DNA of 64,000 nucleotides from Octopus sinensis (lineage: Eukaryota), in assembly GCF_006345805.1 (NCBI RefSeq), contig NC_043012.1, positions 56,668,001-56,732,000 of the forward strand. Reading direction: 5' to 3'. Made by a program: the position numbers and the translations under genes. Position 1 is the stretch's first letter, and every line of letters begins with the position of its first letter. Of this stretch, positions 53,207 through 64,000 are shown one piece after another. A model generated the notes under the pieces. It was given only the letters and a program-made list of their open reading frames with translations, was not told the origin of the DNA and made no database searches.

Positions 53207-53608
53207 GGATCTTTTCGGTTTGAACAGCAGTTTTTTCTAGCGGTGTCATATGAAATTGTCACCCATAATTATGACCCTAGTATCGATCTATTGCATTTCA
53301 ATCTGTTTTAGGGGTGGGGGGAAGGGCATCTTTTTTTTCTTCAGAAATGTAAATAAACCCAATCTGTTTCTTAAACGAGGGACATATTCATACGGCACAG
53401 AATGTTTTCACCTCAACAGACGTCATTAATTGGTTGAAATTGCAGAAAATGAAGAAAACAACAAATATCTTACAAACTATAGAATTTTCTCAATAAAGCC
53501 AAGAGAAAAAGATGTTTTATAAACATATTCTACCAGTATATGAAGTTTAAAAGTGTTTAGTTACGTGGAAATTATTTTAAAAAACTGCCGGTCAAACTGA
53601 AAAGATCC
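53207..53608. mobile_element. MITE with GG..CC termini and 8-bp TSD (Merlin- or hAT-like)
   Basis: TIR GGATCTTTTCGGTTTGAACAGCAGTTTTT / AAAAACTGCCGGTCAAACTGAAAAGATCC; TSD AAAATGTG. Confidence 0.88.
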
Positions 53609-53628
53609 AAAATGTGCTATAAACAATA

Positions 53629-53950
53629 AGTTTTTCTTTATTTTTTCGCCCTTTTCAAGCCTAGCCAGGTTCATGGGCCCGGTTTCCCAGTTTCTGTGGC
53701 GTATGTGTTTCCCCCCAGCTGGATGGGATGCCAGTCCATCGTAGCATTACTCAAAAAACAGGAAGAGAGAGTGAGAGAAAGTTGGGGCGAAAGAGTATGA
53801 CAGGGGTCGCCACCAACCCCTGCCGGAGCCTTGTTGAGCTTTTAGGTGTTTTCGCTCAATAAATACACACAACGCCCGGTCTGGGAATCGAAACTGTGAT
53901 CCTCCAACGGCAAGTCTGCTGCCCTAACCACTGGGCCATTGCGCCTCCAC
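53629..53950 (-). mobile_element. tRNA-derived SINE: family C head with an alternative tail
   Basis: Head matches 14620-14793; TSD ATAAACAATA. Confidence 0.88.
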
Positions 53951-54107
53951 ATAAACAATAGTAGCTATGATAAAGAAAAATCTAGGAAAAAGTGCTGAAG
54001 TTACATCTCAGGGTGTTGGGCAAGCCTGACAAAATGACGCAATACTGAGACAGGTTTTATTATTGACCCACCCATTCCATGCCAGCATGGAGAAAAACAG
54101 ACTTCAG

Positions 54108-55267
54108 TCCTTTTGATATCAACACACCTGAGATTTAGCTCTATGGCACAAACTTCTTGTTTAAAAGTGATTTAAATTGAAACCTTCAATGAAAATTTAT
54201 GCGAATCTATGTTTCTAAACACCAGCTTCATCTTTTAGCATTTAAGCTGGCCATATCCAGCCCAAAGATTCTAATCGTTTTATGGTCAAAGTGTCAAAAT
54301 GTGGCCTCTTACACCTATCCTACAATGTAATTCTAAAAATATACAATCACATCATTGAAATCTCAGAGATACAAGATAATGCATTAATTAATTCAAAACA
54401 ATGCAAATTAATAAGTATTAACTTTTACAGAGTAAACTGAATGCTAAAGGATTAATAATGGCAAAATTATTTTACTGAATTCTTCATTATTTTAAGAATT
54501 ACCGTAAATCTTCAAGTATAATCTGCATTTTTTTCCCAAAATTTAACGGTCAAAATCCCTCGTGCGTACTATATACGAGGTTAAAAATGAAAAATATATT
54601 CTAAGCAATGTCCGAGTCTCTATTTGCTGTCTGGCAATGTTTATTCAGATGCATTTTGTGATTTCTGGTATGAAAATACCTTAAGCCAAGCCTGAAAGCA
54701 ATGAAGTCATAAAAGAATCATCCATAACTTGCAGTAAGCAACATTTATTAAAATAAAAGTATTCAAAACACAGAATAATATGTAACAAAAACAATTTGCA
54801 AACACATTTACATTCCCATATAACAGTGAAGAACATTATTGTATTAAGCATGCACGGAAGTGTTTGTTCGACAAGGTGTTGCTGGATTAACCCTTTCATT
54901 ACCAACCCGGCTGAAACCGGCTCTGGCTCTTAGTACAAATGTCTTGTCTTCATAAGTTTTGAATTAAAATCTTCCACCAAACCTTAGTCACAATTTATGT
55001 TCCTAACACTAGCTGAATGGTAACTAAGTTATTTTACTAAATTCTTAGTTATATTTAAAGTAATTGAAAGAAACACAGAGCATCTCAAAATAAATACAAG
55101 TAATGAAAGGGTTAACTATGCATGACTCAAATTAGAGAAGGGGTGTGTATTACACACAAGGTTCAGGTTTTTCAGAGGTACGGGCCCCCTAAAAATCCCT
55201 TGCGTATTATACTCAAGGGCGGACTATACTCGAGGATTTATGGTAATTGAAATATGGTAATGAAAGG
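54108..55267. mobile_element. Nest of four MITEs: decayed TTAA-MITE holding a TTAA-MITE (54232-54451) and a TA-MITE (54502-55243), which holds a TTAA-MITE (54891-55111)
   Basis: TA|CCGTAAATCTTCAAGTATA...TATACTCGAGGATTTATGG|TA; TTAA|CCCTTTCATTAC...GTAATGAAAGGG|TTAA; the outer pieces rejoin into the 25355-type MITE. Confidence 0.78.
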
Positions 55268-55327
55268 TTAAAGTACAAAAAACGAAAAAAAAACGATGAT
55301 GATGTGAGGAAGGAGGAAGTTGTGAAA

Positions 55328-55359
<32 letters not shown>

Positions 55360-56017
55360 TGATGATGATTTAGGCACAAAGTCAGCAAATTTTGAGGGGT
55401 TAGTTGATTACATCAAACCCTGTACTTGACCAGCACTTTATTTTATTGACCCTGGAAATATGAAAGGCAAAGCTGACCTTCATGGGTTTTGAATTGATAA
55501 CTGTTTCTGACATAGGTAAAAGACGTAACAAATATACCTAAATCAATGTTTAACCCTGGTGTTTACTAGCTGTCCACAGCTTCTACAGTCCTTTGGTAAG
55601 ATGAGGAATTTCCTCATCTAACACAATAGTATTAACACGGATTATACATATTTTTCAGGTAATTTATTGTGTAGTGCATTATAAATCAATAGATCAACCC
55701 ACTTTACCAGTACATGCACTCATGAGGTAAATAAGACAGAGTTGTTTAGCTGGCTTTTAGATCATATACACTGTATAGCTCTAAGCTATAAACTTCTCCA
55801 CAGAATTTGGCTGCTTTTTCACTGATGAACATCTAAGAAGACTAAGACCTTGTTGTTTATTGCCTATGCACAGATATGAACTAATAGTGTGTACTGTTTA
55901 ATTTTTCTATTGTAATTAAAATTGTATGTTTATTTTTTTTAAATTTCAAATTATAAAGAAGACCCCGTAATATGAAAAAGAATATTAAATTAAAATAGTC
56001 ATCTATATACTACATTT

Positions 56018-56411
56018 CTCTCTTTACTCTTTTACTTGTTTCAGTCATTTGACTGCGGACATGCTGGAGCACCGCCTTTAGTCGAACAAATCGACCCCAG
56101 GACTTATTCTTTGTAAGCCTAGTACTTATTCTATTGGTCTCTTTTTGCTGAACCGCTAAGTTACGGGGATGAAAACACACCAGCATCGGTTGTCAAGCGA
56201 TGTTGGGGGGGGGGGGACAAACAGACACACATATATATAAATATATACGACGGGCTTCTTTAAGTTTCCGTCTACCAAATTCACTCACAAGGCTTTGGTC
56301 AGTCCGAGGCTATAGCAGAAGACACTTACCCAAGGTGCCATGCAGTGGGACTGAACCCGGAACCATGTGGTTGGTAAGCAAGCTACTTACCACACAATCC
56401 ACTTCTGTGCC
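56018..56411 (-). mobile_element. SINE family A
   Basis: Family match. Confidence 0.88.
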
Positions 56412-56616
56412 TATATTCTATGCATATACATCATTGAAAAACAATTTACTGTGGTAATCATCCAGAGATAATATTTCTTACGGACATGCTGTGTGGTAAG
56501 ATGCTTGCTTCCCAACCACATGATGCCAGGTTCAGTCCCACTACGTGGAACCTTAGGCTGTCCAAATTCTTGTCAGCAATGGATTAGGTAGATGGAAACT
56601 GAAAGAAGCCTGTCAT

Positions 56617-56648
<32 letters not shown>

Positions 56649-56869
56649 ATTTGTGTTTGTTTCACCCCACTGCTTGACAACTAGTGTTGGTGTATTTACG
56701 TCCCCAATAACTTATCCGTTCAGCTAAAGAGACTGATACAAAAAGTACCAGGCTTAAAAAGAAAATAAGGGGTTGATTAGTGTGACTGAAATGCCTCAAG
56801 GCAGTGCTCCAGCATGACTAGTCTAATGACTGAAACTAGCAAAAGATAAAAGACGTATGTTAATATATA

Positions 56870-57213
56870 TTAGGTTGTCCGGAAAGTTCATGCCGATTTA
56901 TAGTTGCTTACCTTTTAACTTATTTTAGAACATGGTTGAGTCCATAAAATAGGATTTGACTACACCTCCATTTAGAGCACAGTTTAAGCTGTCTTTTCAT
57001 GGAAGAAGGTTTATGTTCCTATAACCTGTGTTAATTCTGTAACCCTTTAAAATGGAAGATAAGAAAGTACATTTTTGGCACTTGATGCTTTGGGAACCAG
57101 ACAAAAATTGCTGCAGCTCAGCTGGGATGTGTTACCCTACCCTCCATATTCACCAGAGATTGTTCCTTCGGATTTCCACTTATTCAGGTCTCTGCAGAAT
57201 AGTCTTAATGGTA
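56870..57213 (+). mobile_element. Mariner fragment of a second family (left TIR, deleted transposase)
   Basis: TA|TTAGGTTGTCCGGAAAGTTC; MEDKKVHFWHLML fused to QKLLQLSWDVLPYPPYSPEIVPSDFHLFRSLQNSLNG; right TIR not seen. Confidence 0.8.
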
Positions 57214-57916
57214 TTAATTGGATGACTTTGTTATATTTGATTCAAGTTGAAAATTCTGGTCTTTTATGCTGAATAGAATTCAACACATGATAAAAAGCAG
57301 AATCTGACTCCTGAGTAATTAGAGAGACACGAAAAGTTGCTGTGTAATAGGGCTTTTATTAAAAATGAAATTGTGTGTGTGTGTGTGTGTCTATTTTGTT
57401 CTGAGTTAAGTCCACCAAGGTCAACTATGCCCTTTGTTCTTCAACAATTACTAAAATAGTTTACTGGTGAAGTACAGGGTGACTGATTTAATCTGTCAAC
57501 AGGCAATGGGTTAAAAACATTATACTTAAAGCTTCAAATCATCACTCAACCGTGGGCTATGATGACAAATGGATGTGACACAAACCAGCTGGAGCACAAT
57601 GCTGTCACAGCTAATATAATCTACTTGTAACGCCCTGTATTACTGCCAACACAACACATATTTTATTGTTCACTCTCACACACACAAGTCCTCTCCCTCT
57701 GTATCTAAAACTGAGCTATGAAGAAAAAAGGATAATGACACACACATATTTGGTAAGAGATGCAAAACAGTTTTACTTCCCAAGAGTACACAGAGAATCT
57801 AAAGTGCATGGCAACCATGATAATATTGCTCTGTGCTAGATTCACTAAATTTTTCACCACATACTTTCATTACATTTACACACGCGCAAACTACAAACAT
57901 ATGCACATCTACACCA

Positions 57917-57949
<33 letters not shown>

Positions 57950-60159
57950 AATAGGTATAAAAATTTTATATAAAAAGGGACAAGAATGTGAAATACGCAA
58001 AGAGACGCACAAAAAACGGATGGGTCATTCAAAGCCTTTAATCTTCAGTCAGGAACCGGATCATCATAGCAAATTTCGGCTGATTAATCCTGAGCACACA
58101 CACACACACCATTGATTATCCATGTCAACTAGGGAGCCTCTACACCATGGTTGCTTGATCTTCCAGAAGCAACAGTCTAGTCTTCCTCAAATCACATTCC
58201 TAATATCTTTTTTTTTTTTTGAAGGAAAAAAAAATGGCTAATGTAGGTTTAAACATACAAAGAGATGTGGTAATCCTATCTGGACTGCATTCAATCATAA
58301 GCCTGTTCAGCCAGAGCTAACCCAGGGTTAAACAACAACAACAACATCAGCAGCAGCAGCTTCCTATACAGAAATGTCTAGACATCTGATACTCTGACTT
58401 GTATAGTATAGTGTAGGTTAGTCCTCACTGAATAGACCTGTAATGAAAGGCACTCCAGCAATGACAATCCCATCTTTATATATTTTACAAACATAGGGCA
58501 ATGTAGTCCAAGATAAATTATGCATAATTTGTTTCTTTAAGACTATGTATACATTGTTCTTGTAGTAGTTTGAGAGACCCCTTAAAAACAAATCTCTATT
58601 CTGAATGAGTTTACTTTCTTAATAAAAATAAAGTGAAATAAAACAATATATGTTAAGAAAGTTATCAGAATACAACTGGGAAATCAAAAATAACAGTCTA
58701 AATAAAAATCTAGCTTTTATTTTGATTTCCGCTTTTCTTTTCCTTCTTTAGCTGCTTTTACTGTTGATCAATCTTTACTAAAAGGAAATGATAGATTCCA
58801 AAGATAAAGATTTCAATGTTTACGGCTAGTTAAGGCCATTTGATTTTATCAACTGATGTGTTAACAATGTCCAAATCGGTGAAATATGAGAGTTAGCAGA
58901 TGAAACGTGTTGCTAGACTTAATCCTAGTTTAACACCACTATCTCAATGAACCTTGGTTGATTTAAGTGCAGTTACACTATGCTGTAAGTATTTCATTCA
59001 TGTCTCTGGTTGAGAAAATTTAAGATCTTCCTCTCTTTCTTACACCAGTCTCGGAAATCCTGCAAAAAGCCATCGGTGTTGCTGTTCCTTTTCCAAGCCA
59101 CACACAACAATAACAACAATATTAGAGAGCTTCACAGTAGTTACATTCAAGACAGCCCTTTATGTCTTCCAACGAGTGATAGTCTTGACATTAAGAGTCA
59201 AATCAATTGACTGTACACTCCTTCCTTATACATGTGGGCCTCTCGCCAATGTAAGAAATCAACACAGCTGTCAGATAAAACAAATGTGGGTATTGACAGT
59301 GATTACAAAAATAACTCTGATGAACTATATTTTCCAGATTTCTAATATTTCGTGTCCTAGCGAGAGTATAGCATGATGCTTTGAGAGCGCTTAACTGTTT
59401 TAATAACTCAGTCTTGCCATCGCCCCAGAGCCATTTCAAGGTATGAGCACACTGAACACTTGCAAGAGGCACAAGGGGTCTAGGGATCCAATGGAAATCT
59501 ATGTAGGTTGTAATTGTGTTTAAAGGGGGTCTCAGGAAATTGTATTGATCTGGACCCTACAGTGTTGTTGAGCTGTCTTAAACAATTTTAAAGGGAAATA
59601 TTGATATTCTGTTATGGTATGTAATTGAGGAAGTGTATATGCTTTTTAACTAATTTTTATTGCCATTGTTTACATTTTTGTTCAATATATACTCCAAAAT
59701 AATTTTTTAAAAAGCCATAAAACTTTACACACACACACAAACATATATCATCATCACTGTTTAATGTCCGCCTTCCATGTTGGCATGAGTTGAACGGTTT
59801 GACGGGAGCTGACTAGGCAGAAGCCTGCACCAGACTTCTGTGTCTGTTTTGGCATGGCTTTCATACACATGTGTATGTGTAAACTGCATAGTAAATATTC
59901 AAATAGGGCAAATCTATTTAATTATTTCTCTGCAGACTGAAAAAAATTGTGAACAGCTTTAATCAATTGTCGAGCATTATTGCATTCTCATCAGTGTTGT
60001 CGGCATCACTTTGACCGATCCCAAAGAAACAAGCAACCAATCTGTTTATATACACAACAAATCCAATAGCTACAGAGAACTAGAGTTATATATATCATCT
60101 TGATAGGACAATGAGTGGCAGGGTTGAATGATCAGTCAGTGGTGAGCCTTTAAAAGAAT

Positions 60160-60894
60160 TTGGATACCCAGTGTAAGATATGGATGCACAAGAGGTGCAG
60201 CAACATCAAAAGAAAATTAACCGAGAAGATCGCTTTTGTGTGCTGCAGATGCACAGGGGAAATAGACACCGCAGATACTCAGAAAACAGATTCCATCACA
60301 CTCCAGGGGGAGAAACTAGAAGTAGTTGTTAGTTTCTGCTACCTAGGTGACCAAGTTAGTAGTGGAGGTGGATGCTCAGAGAGTGTCACTACTAGAATAC
60401 GAATATTCTGGGCAAAGTTTAGAAAGCTTCTACCCCTACTGGTAACAAAGGGTCTCTCACTCAGAGTGAAAGGTAGATTATACGACGCATGTGTGCGAAA
60501 TACCATGCTTCACGGTAGTGAAACATGGGCTGTGACTGCAAAGGACATATGTAGGCTTGAAAGAAATGAAGCTAGCATGCTTCACTGGATGTGCAATGTC
60601 AATGTGCACACACGACAGAGTGTAAGCGCCCTGAGAGAAATGCTGGACATAAGAAGTATTGGATGTGGTGTGCAAGAGAGACGTCTGCGCTGGTATGGTC
60701 ATGTACTACGGATGGATGAGGAGAGATGTGTGAAGAAGTGCCACTCCCAAACAGTTGAAGGAATCCGGGGTAGATGTAGACCCAGGAAGACATGGGATGA
60801 GGTGGTCAAGCATGACCATCGAATGTTGGGCCTCACAGAGGCAATGACGAAAGACCGAGATCTCTGGAGATATGCTGTGACTGCAAAGACCTGA
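60160..60894 (+). pseudogene. RTE-clade LINE ORF C-terminal fragment (244 aa open, 5'-truncated)
   Basis: Cys/His cluster CKIWMHKRC...CCRC, thumb motif FCYLG, HGSETW, RLRWYGH, GRCRPRKTW, DRDLWR. Confidence 0.9.
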
Positions 60895-61624
60895 CAAATA
60901 ACGTGAGTTTATGGCTGTTTCCTGCACCAGCAAAAAATAACTCTTTTCTAAAGAGTGAGTTCCATATGGGAATGAGTTTTATTGAGAAAGTCATCATCAT
61001 TTATCATCCGTTGTCCATGCTGGCATGGGTTGGACAGTTGGACCAGAGCTGGCAAGCAGGAAAGCTGCACCAGGCTTCAGTAGTAGAATATATTTATTAT
61101 ATCTATTTAGAAAGAGATTACAATGTAGGGTTGGTTGGAGGTTTTGGAAATGGTGAAAAAATTTGAAAAAGGGAGCTGGCACCATTATTGTTCATTATTT
61201 TTACAAATATCATGTCATCTCTAATAATAATTCATCTCCATAAAGTTTGTAATTGAAAGTATATTGTTTGCATAAAAATATGATAATTGAAGCATTAAAT
61301 CACCTCAATTAATGACACCTTAATTAATGACAACAAGAGTAACATCTTGGTTAATGTAGTTGCTGGTTTTTCATCAATATATATATATATAATATGCTAT
61401 GTGTCTTTGTGTGAGTGTGCCATGTAAAAAGCACTGAGTACACTCAGTGGGGTGGTTGGTGTTAGGAAGGGCATCCAGCTGTAAAAACCATGCCAAAACA
61501 GACAGTGAAGCCTAGTGCAGTTTTCTGCCTGGCCAGCCCTTATCAAACCATTCAACCCATGCCAGCATGGAAAGAGGATGTTAACTGATGATGATGAAGA
61601 TATATATATATATATATACATATA

Positions 61625-62011
61625 CTAACAGTATAGCCCAGCATTGCTCAGGTTTGTTTTCTTTTCAACCCTTTAGAATTGGAATTTTTGAAAAGTAAAA
61701 ATTTTGCATTATGTAGCTTGTTATTCTCTTTAAGTGAATATTTTTCTGGTTGAAATACACCGAAAAATGGCGACACAGCAGTAAAAAAAATAGGGATTTT
61801 CATAGAAAAAAAGCACCTTTTTGATGTAAATAATTTTTGGTCTTAACATGGTCCGATTTGAATTATTTCTTCTACGGAATGAAGAGCAAGCCTTCTTCTA
61901 TCATACTCTCAATTTTGGTCAGCTGCAGGGTCTCGGAGGAGATAGTGTTAGTTGAAGGCTACCAAACCTGCCACACACAAAGACAACTTCAGCTTTATAT
62001 TATATAGAAGA
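61625..62011 (-). mobile_element. Non-autonomous Helitron
   Basis: Minus strand starts TCTTCTATATAATATAAAGC and ends CCTGAGCAATGCTGGG...(T)TAG|T, like the 11806 element. Confidence 0.72.
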
Positions 62012-62368
62012 TAAAACACTTTTTTTTGTGAGTAACATTCTAGTGTTTGAAGCTGTTGAATTTGTTCAATTCACAAGATTTATTCTTTTTAAATTCAACA
62101 TGAGATGGGGGTTGTTCTGTTTATTTTTTGCATTTGTCTCAAAATGCTTAATAAAATAGCTTTCTAAATTATCCAAGAGCATCTCAACTTAATTGTTATT
62201 TGTATTTTTGTATTTCAAAGATAATTCTGCTAGCAGAAGGAAACTAAAACAGTAAACTAAGTAGGAGTAGGCGATAATCAGAAATGGTAAATGCGGGTGA
62301 AATGTAATGAGATGTTTTGTTCTTAATTTCTTTGGTATTTTAATCAAAATGGAAATAAAATTTTATTG

Positions 62369-62766
62369 TACTCTTTTACTTGTTTCAGTCATTTGACTGT
62401 GGCCATGCTGGAGCACCACATTTAGTCGAGCAAATCGACCCCAGGACTTATTCTTTGTAAGCCTAGTACTTATTCTATCGGTCTCTTTTGCCAAACCGCT
62501 ACATGACGGGGACATAAACACACTAGCATCGGTTGTCCAATGATGTCAGCGGGGACAAACACAGACACACAAATACACACACACACATATATATACATAT
62601 ATACGACAGACTTCTTTCAGTTTCCGTCTACCAAATCCACTCACAAGGCCTTGGTCGGCCCGAGGCTATAGTAGAAGACACTTGCCCAAGGTGCCACGCA
62701 GTGGGACTGAACCTGGAACTATGTGGTTGGTAAGCAAGCTACTTACCACACAGCCACTCCTACGCC
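62369..62766 (-). mobile_element. SINE family A
   Basis: Family match. Confidence 0.9.
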
Positions 62767-63135
62767 TACTATTTATTTTATCAATATCACATGCATATTA
62801 ATATATATGAAATTAAATATCAAACTCTTTTGCTTTCAAAGTATCATTGCGCATGTAGCATTTAAGTTTTACAGTCTCATTGCCTTGACATTAGGAAATA
62901 GTGGTAAGCAAGTGTTGCTGTCATGCAAGAGGTATTCAATCTTCCACAGGATCATGTTTGGGTATGGTGAAATATTACCTTACTTGGAAAGAGGTAAGGG
63001 TCGGTGATGGGGGGGGTTGGCTGTATGAAATCTGTCTGATCCATGAGAGGATGCAAAAGTAGGGGTTTCATATATATTACGAGGGTAATGATATTTTCAA
63101 CCAAGACATTACAACTGTGCTTCAATTCAACATAG

Positions 63136-63533
63136 ACATAGGAATGGCTGCGTGGTAAGTAGCTTGCTTACGAAACATATTTTCAGGTTCAGTCCCACGG
63201 CACTACACCTTAGGCAAGTGTCTTCTACTATAGCCTCGGGCCGACCAAACACTTGTGAGTGGATTTGGTAGACGGAAACTGAAAGAAGCTCGTCGTATAT
63301 ATGTATATATATATGTATGTGCGTGTGTATTTGTTTGTGTGTCTGTGTTTGTCCCCCTAACATCGCTTGACAACCGATGCTGGAGTGTTTACGTCCCCCG
63401 TAACTTAGTGGTTTGGCAAAAGAGACCGATAGGATAGAATAAGTACTAGGCTTACAAAGAATAAGTCCTGGGGTCGATTTGCTCAACTAAAGGCGGTGCT
63501 CCAGCATGGCCACACTACAAAGAGTAAAAGAGT
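63136..63533 (+). mobile_element. SINE family A
   Basis: Family match. Confidence 0.85.
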
Positions 63534-64000
63534 GTAATGTTTATTTACTCAATTGCTGACATTTAGCAATAGCCCTCTCCCATTGTTTTGATCCACCATT
63601 TTCTATCATTAATAAAACTGTCAGCAGTTTTTGATGACACAGGTACGCTAGTGTTTCAAATAGTTTTCATTTCCACTTGTAAAAGGTATTGACATCTCCT
63701 CCAGACAACACAGAAGATACAGATTGATCTAATTTCAAAGACTACATGGTAAATAAACAGCCAAAGAATGATGTTAAGTAAATTATGTAACTATTGTAAC
63801 AAAAATAACCAAGTCAATATAATAATATAAATATTTGTGTATACAGTCAATATGACTACTCGGAAGAAAGTGTCTTATCTTTAATATCTTTAGATCATAT
63901 AGATATCTTGCCAAACTGAAAACAGCAAGAGGAAAATATAAGAACAACAACGATTTTTATGGCTCTACAGCATAATTTAATTACCATTTTACTCTATGTC

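Overview
AT-rich eukaryotic DNA that is almost entirely repeats, with no recognisable host-gene exon. The SINE families and dense (TA)n/(CA)n/(GA)n microsatellites point to an octopus or other cephalopod intergenic or intronic region (inference). Contents: a near full-length dead mariner (D,D34D) and deleted derivatives; TA-, TTAA- and 8-bp-TSD MITEs, including a four-element nest; non-autonomous Helitrons; several modular tRNA-derived SINE families; RTE and R4/Dong LINE 3' ends; an 859-bp triplication and dispersed duplications. The most notable signal is a set of Penelope-type minimal hammerhead ribozyme motifs in several unrelated repeat families. Their core position 3-8 pair varies (C-G, U-A, G-C). 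One G3-C8 copy at 11465-11515 folds completely, and one hammerhead lies downstream of a tRNA-like head. A TSD-flanked, internally deleted RTE element also carries a motif resembling an HDV ribozyme. Nearly all ORFs in the supplied track are microsatellite or SINE artefacts. All structures were folded by eye and coordinates were counted by hand.
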